From NCBI RefSeq assembly GCF_009914755.1, contig NC_060933.1: 64,000 bases of DNA. One strand, given 5' to 3'. This document shows, piece after piece, positions 1 to 17,193 of this stretch. This DNA is from the human T2T-CHM13v2.0 reference genome, Homo sapiens. Under the pieces are notes generated by a model that saw nothing but the letters and a program-made list of their open reading frames with translations, ran no database searches and was not told where the DNA came from. A program made the translations under genes and the position numbers. Within the stretch, counting starts at the first letter, position 1, and every line of letters starts with the position of its first letter.

Positions 1-789
1 TTACTCATCTTCAATCAGTTTAAAAGGAGGAAGTGCACTTTTTTTCTACAAAAGGTTTATCATACTTGTAGTGCTCCGAGTCCCATCCTTTATTTTCTTC
101 TTCAATATATTGCCCCTTCTGTAATTCCTTCTCTCTCTTTGCATTACTCCTTGGCTTTCTATTCTTGGTTAATAAAGGTAATAACAGTAAAAGGTGAAAG
201 GGGTTTTTTGTTTGTTTGTTTCCTGGGCATAAACTCATCCTAGAAAATATTACCAGTTTCTGTAACTGTCCTTTTCCTTCTATGCTTCCAAGTTCACAGA
301 AATTTAATGATGTCATAAACTCATAGGGGACTGATTGATACATTTCACCAGAGTAATCCAAGATCTAGTAATCATACTTCTTTACTCCCCCAATGAATAA
401 TTCCATTTCTCAGTGATGTTAATCTCAACAAGACTGCAAAGGAAAGAAAGCTGATTGATTTAATTTATAGGAGTATTGAAGGCCAATAATCTCTCCATTC
501 AGAAAGATATCTTATTTGAAAAGCGAAGACTTGCTATTCAAAAGGATTTCTAGCTGGTGAAATTTTCAGAACAAGAAAGAGAAAGAAACCATTGTAAGTG
601 ATAGAAAGTCTGTTGTTGTTCAGTTTTTGTTTGTTTTTGTTTTGCTGCACGAAGGGCACCACATAGCTTTTTGTTCGTTTTTTTGTTTTGTTTTGTTTTT
701 TACAAGGGCTTCTAATTATGATTATTATCTATTTCACAATAAAGTGATTTAAACAATATATTATAGAAATAGCAGCAGGAGCAGCAATG

Positions 790-1340
790 ACAAACATTGA
801 CTCAGGTATAGAATTCTGTTCACTAGGCACCGTGCTCAGTACTTTAAATGTATTATCTCAGTTGATCATCAACCCTTTGAGACAGGTATGCTCGTTTTAC
901 CCATGAGGAAATCAATCTTAGAGCAGCAACTTGCCCAAGATCACTCAGTTACTAGGTGATAGTGTAAATCAAAGCACCCTGAATCCTGAGCTTTCTATAT
1001 TTGTCATTGGACTATCTCTTGTAAACAAACCCAAACTGCAAAAACTGCATTGTCACCAAGAAAATGATTTTAGGACATCACCAGTACCCATATCTAGTTG
1101 GAACAGCCAAAAGGCTGAGAAAGAAATATGCTAAGGTTATAACAATAATAGCTAATACTAATTGAGCCTTTTATATAAATTTATCCTCTTAATATTCACA
1201 ATAATCCCTATGAGATAGATACTTTCATTATAATTTCATGTATGAGGAAACTAAGTTACAGAGAGATTAAGTAACTTGCTCAAGATGACACAGGTAGTCA
1301 AAGAAGAATTATGACTTGAAATTAGCATCCTGGGCCCCCA
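790..1340 (-). mobile_element. Two degenerate MIR SINE fragments (~790-970 and ~1140-1340)
   Basis: MIR core-like strings 'atgaggaaatcaatcttagagcagcaacttgcccaagatcactcag' and 'atgaggaaactaagttacagagagattaagtaacttgctcaagatgacacag'; boundaries approximate. Confidence 0.6.
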
Positions 1341-4300
1341 GCTCAGTCTTAATCTCTCAGTCTCTGCAGTACTTAGTTGTATCCTATTCTGTTTGGTCAC
1401 ATTTTTTCCATACTCTTAGAATCCTTAGATAATCAATATTGAAACTGAAAACTACTGATTACACACACACACCCACACACACACACAAATTCATGCAAGC
1501 CCACTATGATGAGCTATTTGGCAACTTAGAGCAGACTATTTTCTCTATAACCACAAAAAATAGGTCACTCAAGGCAGGAAATCACAAGTGGAAGGGGTAT
1601 CTGAGAAAACGTGCTGATCTCAGTGAGTTATGAGGGTGTTTTGTCACAGAGAATTATAAAATGCAATTCTGGATGGCTTTGAAGAGCAGATGGCATGAAT
1701 AATTATATTATCTTATTTACTTTACATTACAACCACAAAGAATGTAGTGCTATTGTCATTTTGGGAGATTAAGGGGTTTATTCATTTAACAATTGGTGGT
1801 GCCCAAAATTTAAACATAGCTCTAACTCCAAATCCTGGTATCTTAATATCTGACAGGCTCCAAAAAAATGACAAGGAATAAAGAGACCATTTTAGGAGTC
1901 AATGTGTTTACAAAACAAACAAGAAAATAAGAAAAACAATGAAGGGAGAAAGGAAGGATTTTTTAAAAAGATTATATTATCATTATGCCACTCTTAAAAT
2001 TAGAAAGGATTTAATCGGGTGAATTAACAAAGAGAACTTCATAGCAATAAGCTTGTAAGAATGTTTCATAAATTCATGGTAAAGCAATAAAACTGAGGAA
2101 AAACACAGAAAACATGAGGGGAAATTACAAAAATTATTTTATAGCTGCATTAAGAAATTCTACCCTGCTCAATTTCAAATAGGGCAAAATTTTTATGAGG
2201 TACATAGACGTATCAACAAATTAGGTTTGTTTGTTTGTTTTTGAGGAGGTGTGGGATACACGTGTAGCATTGTAGCATGAGTTAAAAACAAGTGCTTATA
2301 AAAAATTGAAATTTAGGTGGAATCTTAATGGATATGAGGTAATTCTATGTGGGACAGAAGATGGAGTATAAAATTAAGGTTCATGAAATTGTAAAAACTT
2401 GAGTGGATCAATTGGGACTTAACCAACACCCTGAAATTGCCCAGAAATAGTAATGAGGTAGCATAGAGTCCTGGCTAAGAGTATGAGCTTTAAAATAAGA
2501 GTACCCAAATGAAAATCCACAATCAATGTACCAAATCCTCGTACCAAATGTCTGTTTCTCACTTACAAAATTGGCTTTTTATCAACAACATTCATATCAT
2601 AAAGTTGGTGTGTACATTAGGTAAGAAAATATATGTAAAGTACATGGGGTATTTGGTATATCATAAACAACAAATGAAATTTTATGATATATACAATTAT
2701 GTTATTGATATCTATATAAATCTATATCTATCCATATTTATATCTATCATAAATCATTGGGTCAAAGTTGGGCTTAGCTGAGCACTCTGTCACTTCTCCT
2801 AAATATTTTTTCTGAATATTCTTCCAGGAAATGGAATGAGTGAGAACAGAGATAATCTTAATTTACAGAGAAGAGACTAATTATGGTTTGTGATAATGAT
2901 CCTTTTGAGTCTGAAAAGAAAAGGAGGACAGTCATTCAGGCTATTGTTCCTCTGTTAGCAATGTTTACTTCCAAAAACTCTGTTTTCTGGAAGCTCTTAT
3001 ATGTTCTGTCTCTCTCTCACACACAAAACTCTCCTGATAATATCTATTTAACTAGTTCACAAGTCAGTTATTTCTGTATGCATGTATCTCGAGTCTGAGA
3101 TTTATCCAGCATTCTTTCAACATATATGTACTGGGTATTTAATCCTTCACAAGGTCTACAGTGGACACTGAGGGACAAACCAGAAAATGTGCTCTCTTTT
3201 AGCTTCTAATCTGGTGAGAGTGACAGAAAAAGCACAGGTGAGGTAGCAGTATAATCATGAAACACATAAAGCAAAATAACAAGGTAGAGTAGACAGAGTT
3301 TGTTCATACAGACTGATCAGAACAAAAAACTGTTAAATTATGTAGGAAATTATGTAAATCTGGAACTGGAATTACCTTTTAATAATACGCAGAGACATTA
3401 ACATAAACTGTCTACGGAGAGTGAAAAAATAATAAAACAGAGAAATACGAGAGATAAGAGATAAGGTATCACTGAAAATAAGGAGATAATAAACACATTC
3501 TTCACATTAGAATTTCTGGTTTCTGTCCCTCCTGAGGTCTAACTGTGTTTCCTAACCATGCACCATTCCATTGCTTTACCCTGTGTGATTAAGCTCCTTG
3601 TTGATTATTTGCAACCAAATATTACATGAATACACAATACATCACATAGTGATACAGAGTTCTCAATTTGACTTGCATTTCATGGAAAGATCTTCTTTCA
3701 GGATAGGATTAATGGAGACATACTGGGAGAGGAGTATGAGTGAAAGACATTTTCTGTTACACAGATCTTTCTGTCTATTCTAAAACCTCCTCAGTAAACT
3801 TGGACCACACTTGATTTCTTACACTTTCTTGTCTCTTAGGATATTCTCTCTGCCGCTGCCACCACCTTTCCCAAAAAATTGTGAGGTTTGTTTTGTCCTT
3901 CTTGAAACAAAATTTCCTTGTGCTTGGTACATTGTAAGACTTCTAACATTGTTATTATTCTTATCACCATCATCTCTATCTTTTTCTTCTTCATTATCAT
4001 CATCACCACCCTCCTATTTCTCATTATACAACTAGTAAGAGGATAACCTTGTATTTCTAAAACTAGGCAATCTGGCTCTATAGTAGAATGTACATAGATG
4101 TAAAGTAAATACCAAAGACTCAGTGCTAAATACACAAGAGGCTGCAGTAAATAACTTAAGCTTGATGTAATTCTAATTTAACTAAAAACAATCATTCTCT
4201 TTGGACCACTTAGGTTGTATTTTGGCTCAAATCACTTAATAATGGCTTCATAATGTGCTTTTCATGAGGCTGAGATAGATAGGTAATAACCTTATCTGAG

Positions 4301-4901
4301 TAAGTCAATATTGTGCTTTTAGAAAGATAAGTGATTTAACAGATTCAAGTACTAGCTCTAAAACATATAATTTTTTTTATCTTGTAGTCTATTAAAGATC
4401 TTTAAGCCTCATCAGTAATAGTGGAATAATAATATCTACTTTGGGGTTGCTGTGAATCTTAAATAAGATGAGGTATGTGAGTTCAGTTGCCTAGTGTGTA
4501 GGAATTGTTCATTAAAAATAAGATACTTTCCCTTAAGCCTTAGTCAGATTCCAGTTCTAATAACTAGGTTCCTGGTAAAACTTGAGAATAAATGTAATGA
4601 AATAAGATTTGTATAAATGATAACTAAAATGGTAAAGTCTTATGAACTATAAAGCAGCATTTTTATACTTATTATATAAAGCCTTGTTAAGTTCAGTAGA
4701 TCACAGTGTTAATGGGTACAGTCTGCTTCTGGTGCTTTACTTTCAGAGATTATTCACTGTGGAATCAGTCAATTGGAATGTCTTTCTTTTAATTGACTAA
4801 TATGTTACCTGGAAACATTTTCTTTTCCTTGAAAATTATTGCTAATTCCTGACACTATTGTCTAAAGCAACAACATTTCTTTTCACCACATTTTTTCAGC
4901 A

Positions 4902-4904
<3 letters not shown>

Positions 4905-4932
<28 letters not shown>
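4905..4932. repeat. (CT)n microsatellite
   Basis: Direct reading of the tctctc... run. Confidence 0.95.
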
Positions 4933-4936
<4 letters not shown>

Positions 4937-5081
4937 TCTAGTTATTTTTATGCCCTTGTCTATATTTGAGACTATGACAAGAATATCCTCAAAATATTGC
5001 TAAGCATGTTTATAGTCTCTCAATTTGTTCAAATATTTTTTGACAGATGTACTGAAAAATAAACTACTTAAGAAAAGAATA

Positions 5082-5356
5082 GGCCAGGCATGGGGGCTCA
5101 CATCTCTAATCCCAGAACTTTGAGAGGCAGAGGTGGGTGAATTGCTTGAGCCCAGGAGTTTCAGACCAGCCTGGGCAACGTGAGGAAACCCCATCACTAG
5201 TAAAAATACAAAAATTAGCTGAGCACGGTGGCGCACATCTGTAGTCCCAGCTACTCCAGAGGCTGAGGTGGAAAGAGGAGGTTGCAGTGAGCCGAGATTG
5301 TCCTACTCCACTACAGCGTGGGCAACACAGTAAGACCCAGTCTCAAAACAAACAAC
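5082..5356 (+). mobile_element. Alu (AluJ-like) with a short right-arm deletion
   Basis: Starts ggccaggcatggggg, has A-rich linker taaaaatacaaaaattag and ends gacccagtctcaaaac. The right arm jumps from 'ggctgaggtggaaag' to 'aggaggttgcagtgagccgag'. 'agaata' on both flanks is a possible TSD. Confidence 0.9.
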
Positions 5357-5449
5357 AGAATATTAAATGTACAATACAATTTAGACATATATTAATTATA
5401 CTTTCCCTGCTTACTGTTAATTTTAAAAATGCCTAATACTTCCACAATG

Positions 5450-5630
5450 GAGGCAGCCTGGTATAATGGATATACCCGCATTCACATGCCAGCTCCACCA
5501 TCTCTGATTGTGCGAGTTTGGGACAATTACCTAACCACTTTTAAGCTTCTTTTCCTCAGTATCAAAATAATATTGAGAATTTATCCATCATAGAGTTATG
5601 GTAAGAATTAAATGAAATTATATGTGCCTA
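5450..5630 (+). mobile_element. MIR SINE fragment
   Basis: 'ccagctccaccatctctgattgtgcgagtttgggacaattacctaaccac...tttcctcagtatcaaaata...gagttatggtaagaattaaatga' resembles the MIR consensus. Confidence 0.6.
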
Positions 5631-7254
5631 TTGCATATCAAGAAATAGGAAAAATTTAACTCATAGTTGCTATTTTCTTTCAATAGTATGTATTACTTAG
5701 CAAGTATTTACAAAACACTTTCAAATGCATTATCTTGCATATGATAACTCTGTTATTTGATAGAGAAAATAGTATAAACCCCATTTCATAGGTAAAGTAA
5801 CTAGAATCTATATTTCCTGCCTCCAAATCCTTGTACTTTAAATAGGCAGTCACATGTCTTTTAACTGAGTTCCCGGACCCAGCAGGACATTCTGTAGTTG
5901 CTCCCAAGACAGAGATATCTAGACAACTCATTTAGAACAAGTTTCTTCCCGATCTTTGAGAGCAAATGCTCATGACTATTCCTTTCATTTGGCTTTTCAA
6001 TACTTTTGGAGGAATTTCAATTAACTCAGAGGTTAGTATAAGGATGAAAAGTTAAAGTTAACTAAACAAGTTATTTCATATATTTTTACTATGTATGCAA
6101 ACCAAGATGTTGCAGAGGCTTGCAACATATTTTGAAAAAGGATAAAAAATATCACTTGAAGCTAATGATTAATAAGAAAAAATAATAATGATGGAATAAA
6201 TGCAGGCAACAAACATTTAATAAGGACCCATTTGAATATTCTTACTCTGCAGTGAATTCAATTGGAACCCAAGTTTAATTTTTTGAAGATATCATAAAGT
6301 CAATAAAATAATACATCTAGCCAAACCATTAGGAATATTGTAATTTTAGACTATTTACATTAAATGCTCTTTTAAAAAATTGCTTCAGTGTTCCTAATTA
6401 CATTTAAAAACAGGATTCGTAAGTATACATGGTTAATACAACTCTGGCAATGCCATATTTTTTTGGTATTTCTGAAAAAGGAAACCACAAGATATTTTTC
6501 AGCAGAATTCATTTTCATGAAACTACATAGCAGATTTGCTGACCAAACATGTTCTAGTAATTTGTACTTGGAAGGTTTTTTTTTTTTCTTAATGTATTTC
6601 TATGCTGGATGACTATGTAGATGAGAAGATGCGTCTGTGTATGAAAAGTGGCCCAAATGCTACTCTCAGTGATACATGAAAGCTATGAAAACACCGAATA
6701 AATACCCTGTACATAAGCACATCTTATATTTCATGTTTAAGTTAACAAGAATTCAAATGTTTATAATCTCCAGTGAAACTTAAGAGATATTCATATAGCA
6801 CACACAACTGCTTATATTAGATAGCCATCTGTTTATAGATATCAAATAGCTCATATTTCGAAACAATTTTTTTGTTGTTATGTAAGTTAAAATTTGACAC
6901 ATGGTAGGGTAAGAGGCAATAGTAAAAACATGCTGCCGAAAAGAAACCTGATTAATTACGAATAGAAGGATATTTTAGCACAGATTTTTTTCCTATTTCT
7001 CACAACTATAATTGATATGTCAATATTATTGTGAAAACTGTTTCTTTTTTATTATATTTTAAGTTCTAGGAAACATGTATACAACGTGCAGTTTTGTTAT
7101 ATATGTATACATATGCCATGTTGGTGTGCTGCACCCATTAACTCATCACTTACATTAGGTATATCTCCTAGTGCTATCCCTCCCCACTCCCTTCACCCCA
7201 CAACAGGCCCCAGTGTGTGATGTTCCCTACCCTGTGTCCAAGTGTTCTCATTGT

Positions 7255-11073
<3,819 letters not shown>

Positions 11074-11129
11074 TATGATTTCAGCTGGTTATTTTGCTCG
11101 TTTCTTCCTGGCATTGATGGTCTTTACAA

Positions 11130-12136
11130 TTAGGCATGTTTTTGCAGTGGCTGGTATTGGTTGTTCCTTTCCATGTTTATTGCTTCCTTCAGGAGCTCTT
11201 GTAAGGCAGGCCTGGTAGTGACAAAATCTCTCAGCATTTGTTTGTCTGCAAAGAATTTTATTTCTCCTCCACTTATGAAGCTTAGTTTGGGTGGATATGA
11301 AATTATCGGTTGAAAATTCTTTTCTTCAAGAATGTTGAATATTTGCCCCCACTCTCTTCTGGCTTGTAGAGTTTCTGCCAAGAGATCAGCTGTTAGTCTG
11401 ATGGGCTTTCCTTTGTGGGTAACCCAACCTTTCTCTCTGGCTTCCCTTAACATTTTTTCCTTCATTTCAACTTTAGTGAATCTGACAATTATAGGTCTTG
11501 GAGTTTCTCTTCTCAAGGAGTATCTTCGTGGTGTTCTCTGTATTTCCTGAATTTGAATGTTGGCCTGCCTCCCTAGGTTGGGGAAGTTCTCCTGGATAAT
11601 ATCCTGCAGAGTGTTTTCCAACTTGGTTCCATTCTCCCTGCCACTTTTAGGTACACCAATCAGACATAGATTTAGTCTTTTTATATAGTCCCTTATTTCT
11701 TGGAGGCTTTGTTCATTTCCTTTTACTCTTTTTTCTCTAAACTTCTCACTTCATTTCATTAATTTGATCTTCAATGACTGATACCCTTTCTTCCACTTGA
11801 TCAAATCGGCTACTGAAGCTTGTGCATGTGTCACGTAGTTCACACCATGGTTTTCAGCTTCATCAGGTCATTTAATGACTTCTCTACACTGTTTATACTA
11901 GTTAGCCATTCGTCTTTTTTCAAGGTTTTTAGCTTCTTTGTGATGGGTTGGAACATCCTCCTTTAGCTTGGAGAAGTTTGTGATTACTGATCGTCTGAAG
12001 CCTTCTTCTCTCAACTCGTCAAAGCCATTCTCCATCCAGCTTTGTTCCATGGCTGGCAAGGGCTGCATTCCTTTGGAGGAGAAGAGGCGCTCTGATTTTT
12101 AGAATTTTCAGCTTTTTGGCTCTGGTTTCTCCCCAT
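11130..12136 (-). pseudogene. Disrupted L1 ORF1p
   Basis: ATG GGG AGA AAC CAG at 12136. The intact C-terminal part 11130-11621 (ENTLQDIIQENFPNL...RPALQELLKEA) matches L1 ORF1p; the N-terminal half has indels. Confidence 0.9.
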
Positions 12137-14409
12137 CTTTGTGGTTTTATCTACATTTGGTCTTTGATGATGGTGACGTATAGATGGGGTTTTGGTGTGG
12201 ATGTCCTTTCTGTTTGTTAGTTTTCCTTCTAACTGTCAGGACCCTCAGCTGTAAGTCTGTTGGAGTTTGCTGGAGGTCCACTCCAGACACTGTTTGTCTA
12301 GGTATCACCAGCGGAGGCTGCAGAACAGCAAATATTGCAGAACAGCAAATGTTGCTGCTTAATCCTTCCTCTGGAAGCTTCGTCTCAGAGGGGCACCTGG
12401 CTGTATGAGGTGTCAGTCAGCCCCTACTGGGAGGTGTCCCCCAATTAGGCTACTCGGGGGTCAGGGTCCCACTTGAGGAGGCAGTTGGTCCGTTCTCAGA
12501 TCTCAAACTCCATGCTGGGAGAACCATTACTCTCTTCAAAGCTGTCAGATAGGGACGTTTAAGTCTGCATAAGTTTCTGCTGCCTTTTGTTCAGCTATGC
12601 CCTGCCCCCGAGAGGTGGAGTCTACAAAGGCAGGCAGGCCTCCTTGAGCTGCAGTGGGCTCCACCCAGTTCGAGCTTCCTGGCCACTTTACCTACTCAAG
12701 ACTCAACAATGGTGGACGCCCCTCCCGCAGCCTCGCTGCCACCTTGCAGTTTGATCTCAGACTGCTGTGCTAGCAGTGAGTGAGGCTCTGTGGGTGTGGG
12801 ACCCTCCAAGCTAGACATGGGATATAATCTCCTGGTGTGCCATTTGCTAAGGCTGTTGGAATAAGGCAGAATTAGGGTGGGAGTGTCCCGATTTTCCAGG
12901 TACCGTCTGTCATGGCTTCCCTTTTCTAGGAAAGGGAATTCCCTGACCCCTTGTGCTTCCTGGGTGAGGCAATGCCCCGCCCTGTTCTGTGGGCTGCACC
13001 CGCTCTTGGACAAGCCCCAGTGAGGTGAACCTTGTACCTCAGCTGGAAATGCAGAAATCACCCATTTTCTGCATCGCTCATGCTGGGAGCTGCAGACTGG
13101 AGCTGTTCCTATTTGGCCATCTTGGAACCTCCGAAAAGTGTTTCTTAATATCATAAAACCTCTATCATCAGTAGAAGCATGGAAAAGATTATCTCTTGAT
13201 GTATGCAAAAAATAAGATGTTGGTTGTAGGGAGTCCAAGGTAATGTATGTATGTGTGTAGTTCAATATAAATTGCTTATGCATTGTTCAATACACAAAGA
13301 AATGTATTTATTGTTTATGATAAATATATACTTATTGATACATTTATATATTAATTTATATAAAATTATATATAATTTTAATAATGCAAAAGGTAACAAA
13401 AATACATAAATAATATACCTTTTTGAAAAGAATAAATTATGCAATGTATCTTCTCATTGTTAGGGAGGTTGTTGATATGTGGGGTTCTCTAATATATACT
13501 CTAATCAAATAAAATAAAATGTAAATTATAAAAATTGATCAGAAAGGTCTATAATAAAATAATGGATGATAAATATTAAATATTATTGAAATAGAATTGT
13601 CTAATCTAATTTGAAATACAACATATGTAATTTGAAAATAACACATCTGTCACCTATAATAATGCCAACCAAAATTACAGTTCAAAAACAGATACTTGGG
13701 AAAAACTAAAATGAAATAAGAGCCAGATGTCAATGAAATAATCACAGTTACATAATTTTGCTAAGGATTACTAACCAAAACGGTGTCATGTCCATAAATC
13801 TTAAAGAATTAACTTAATTGAACATGTAATAAAAAGTTCTTGTTTAGTATAGATCATAGGGAACAATGTAAATTTTTCCAAAAATGAAACCAGCATTTAT
13901 CAAGCTTATTATTGTAAAGTTAGAGTTGAAAACAAAAGCTACCTCCTACCTTTATTAGTGAATTTAGATATTTTTAAAGTCCAACATTAAATTAGCAAAA
14001 TATGCCCATTTCTATGTGTCAAACTAGGGGTATTCTAGCAATACAGACATGAACTTTGGAAGAATTGTACTAAAATTATTTTTTCTTACATATTCTTGAA
14101 TTAGGTAAGGAGAGAAGCAGGGACATAAATTTTAGAAAAACCACTTTGACTTACTTTTAGCCTACAAATTGAAGACGGTTTCCAATCCCAATTTCAATTC
14201 ACTTGGAATTGAAGTATTCTAGTGAGGAAAGAGTAAAACAAATTAAAAGCTAAATATTTTTTGCTCATTAGTATAAGTGTGACTTGAGATTTATCATCTA
14301 GTGACTTGGTGACAACTCACAAAGTAATTTGAAACTATGAAAAACTATGACTGTAGGAAATAGGGTTTAACCAAATGGCAGTAAACAGCCTAAGGGGAAA
14401 CAATTATTT

Positions 14410-16860
14410 TAAAACTTACTATTGTAAGTGGAGTATTTACATCTCCCACTATTATTGTGTGGGAGTCTAAGTCTCTTCAAAGATCTCCAGGAATTTGCTT
14501 TATGAATCAAGGTCCTCCTAATTTGGGTGCAAATACATTTAGGATAGTTAGATCTCCTTGTTTAATTGAACATTTTACCATTATGTAATGCCCTTCTTTG
14601 TCATTTTTTATCTTTGTTGGTTTAAACTCTGTTTAGTCAGAAACTAAAATTGCAACCCCTGCTTTTTTCTGTTTTCTATTTGCGTGGGAGATTTTCCTCC
14701 ATCCCTTTATTTTAAGCTATATGTGTCATTGCACATGAGATGGGTCTCTTGAAGGCGGCATACCAATGGGTTTTGATTCTTTATCCAGCTTGCGATTCTA
14801 TGTCTTTTAATTGGGGCATTTAGCCCATTTATTTATTTATTTTTAATTTTTTTATTTATTGATCATTCTTGGGTGTTTCTCGGAGAGGGGGACTTGGCAG
14901 GGTCATAGGACAATAGTGGAGAGAAGGTCAGCAGATAAACATGTGAACAAAGGTCTCTGGTTTTCCTAGGCAGAGGACCCTGTGGCCTTCGGCAGTGTTT
15001 GTGTCCCTGGGTACTTGAGATTAGGGAGTGGTGATGACTCTTAACGAGCATGCTGCCTTCAAGCATCTGTTTAACAAAGCACATCTTGCACCGCCCTTAA
15101 TCCATTTAACCCTGAGTTGACACAGCACATGTTTCAGAGAGCACGGGGTTGGGGGTAAGGTTATAGATTAACAGCATCCCAAGGCAGAATAATTTTTTGT
15201 AGTACAGAACAAAATGGAGTCTCCTATGTCTACTTCTTTCTACACAGACACAGTAACAATCTGATCTCTCTTTCTTTTCCCCACATTTCCCCCTTTTCTC
15301 TTCGACAAAACTGCCATCCTCGTCATGGCCCGTTCTCAATGAGCTGTTGGGTACACCTCCCAGACGAGGTGGCGGCCCGGCAGAGGGGCTCTTCACTTCC
15401 CAGACGTGGCGGCCGGGCAGAGGGGCCCCCCACCTCCCAGACGGGGTGGCTGCTGGGCAGGGGCACCCCCCACCTCCCAGACGGGTTGGCTGCTGGGCGG
15501 GGGCGCCCCTCACCTCCCAGACGGGGTGGCTGCCGGGTGGAGGTGCTCCTCACTTCCCAGACGGGGCGGCTGGGCAGAGGTGCTCCTCAGTTCCCAGACA
15601 GGGTCACAGCCAGGTGGAGGCGCTCCTCACTTCCCAGACGGGGTGGCGGCCAGGCAGAGGCGATCCTCACCTCCCAGACGGGGTGGCAGCTGGGCAGAGA
15701 CGCTCCTCACCTCCCAGATGGGGCGGCCGGGCAGAGGCACTCCTCACATCCCAGACGGGATGGCTGGGCAGAGGCGGTCCCCACATACCAGATGATGGGC
15801 GGCCAGGCAGAGATGCTCCTCACTTCCTAGACAGGATGACGGCTGGGAAGAGGTGCTCCTCACTTCCCAGACTGGGCAGCCAGGTAGAGGGGCTCCTCAC
15901 ATCCCAGATGATGGGTGGCCAGGCAGAGATACTCCTCACTTCCCAGACTGGGCGGTTGGGCAGAGGGGCTCCTCACATCCCAGATGATGGGCGGCCGGGC
16001 AGAGATGCTCCTCACTTCCTAGATGGGGTGGCGGCCAGGCAGAGGCTGCAATCTCAGCACTTTGGGAGGCCAAGGCAGGCAGCTGGGAGGTGGGGGTTGC
16101 AGCGAGCCGAGATCATGCCACTGCACTCCCGCCTGGGCAACATTGAGCACTGAGTGAGCGAGACTCCGTCTGCACTCCTGGCACCTCGGGAGGCTGAGGT
16201 GGGCAGATCACTTGAGGTCAGGAGCTGGAGACCAGCCCGGCCAACACAGCGAAACCCCGTCTCCACCAAAAAATACAAAAACTAGTCAGGCGTGGCGGAG
16301 CGCGCCTGCAATCCCAGGCGCTCGGCAGGCCGAGGCAGGAGAATCAGGCAGGGAGGTTGCAGTGAGCCGAGATCGCAGCAGCACAGTCCAGCCTCGGCAA
16401 CAGAGGGAGACCGTGGAAAGCGGGAGACAGAGATGAGGGAGAGGGGGAGACCGTGGAAAGTGGGAGATGGAGACGACGGGGAGAGGGAGAGGGAGAGCCC
16501 ATTTATACTTAACATTAATATTGATATCTGTGGATTTGGTCCTGTTGTCATTACGGTAGCTGGATATTTTGCAGGCTTGTTTATGTGGTTACTTCGTAGT
16601 GTCACTGATCTTGTTCTTCGGTGTGTCTTTGTAGTGATTGGTAACAGTCTTTCTTTTCCATATTTAATGCGTCCTTCAGGATATCTTGTAAGGCATGTCT
16701 AGTAGTAACAAATTCTCACAGCATTTGCTTATCTGAAAAGGATCTTATTTCTCCTTTGCTTATAAAGCTTAGTTTGGCTGGATATTAAATTCTGGGTTGG
16801 AAATTATTTTCTTTAAGAATATTTAATGTTGATCCCCAATCTCCTCTGGCTTGTAGAATT
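14410..16860 (-). mobile_element. Inverted LINE-1 segment (ORF1 3' end to ORF2 EN), L1PA11-13-like, split by an SVA
   Basis: 14410-14832 plus 16496-16860 align colinearly with the full-length L1 in this window at ~10620-11372 (e.g. 'tctcccactattattgtgtgggagtctaagtctc', 'ccccaatctcctctggcttgtaga'). Confidence 0.85.
14833..16495 (-). mobile_element. SVA retrotransposon, near full length, SVA_A-like
   Basis: Poly(A)-derived tail 14833-14858; SINE-R ~14860-15350; GC-rich VNTR ~15350-16040; Alu-like domain ~16040-16400; short (CCCTCT)-type 5' end. TSD AGCCCATTTAT at 14822-14832 and 16496-16506. SINE-R variants ('ttatagattaacagcatccc', 'acagtaacaatctgatctctc') are recalled as old-subfamily diagnostics. 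Confidence 0.95.
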
Positions 16861-16890
16861 TAACTCTGTCATCTCAGCTAAAAAGCTTCT

Positions 16891-17193
16891 CTTTTTATTT
16901 ATTTATTTTCTTTGAGACACAGTCTCACTTTGTCACCCAAACTGGAGTGCAGTGGTGTGATCTCTGCTCACTGTAACTTCTGCCTCCTGGGTTCAAGTGA
17001 TTCTTGTGCCTCAGCCTCCTGAGTAGCTGGGATTACAGGCATGTACCATCATGGCTGGCTACTTTTTCTATTTTTAGTAGACATGGGGTTTTACCATGTT
17101 GGCCAGGCTGGTGTTGAACTCCTGACCTAAAGTGATCCACACGTTGGCCCTCAAAATTGCTCAGATTACAAGTGTGAGCCACTGTGCCTGGCC
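16891..17193 (-). mobile_element. AluS (Sx-like)
   Basis: Full dimer; perfect TSD AAAAGCTTCT at 16881-16890 and 17194-17203. Confidence 0.95.

Noticed and set aside
20-361. 113-aa minus-strand ORF
   Set aside because: Non-ATG start, crosses a simple (AAAC) repeat and has no recognisable homology.
12696-13283. 195-aa minus-strand ORF
   Set aside because: A chance frame running from AT-rich flank into the L1 5' UTR; no recognisable protein.
15350-16040. Regular ~37-50 bp repeats resembling a CRISPR or other novel array
   Set aside because: The units are contiguous with no unique spacers; this is the SVA VNTR in a primate genome.
15106-16702. Long ORFs up to 268 aa (e.g. 15347-16153)
   Set aside because: They are open frames through the GC-rich SVA VNTR and Alu-like domain, with repetitive peptides and no gene structure.
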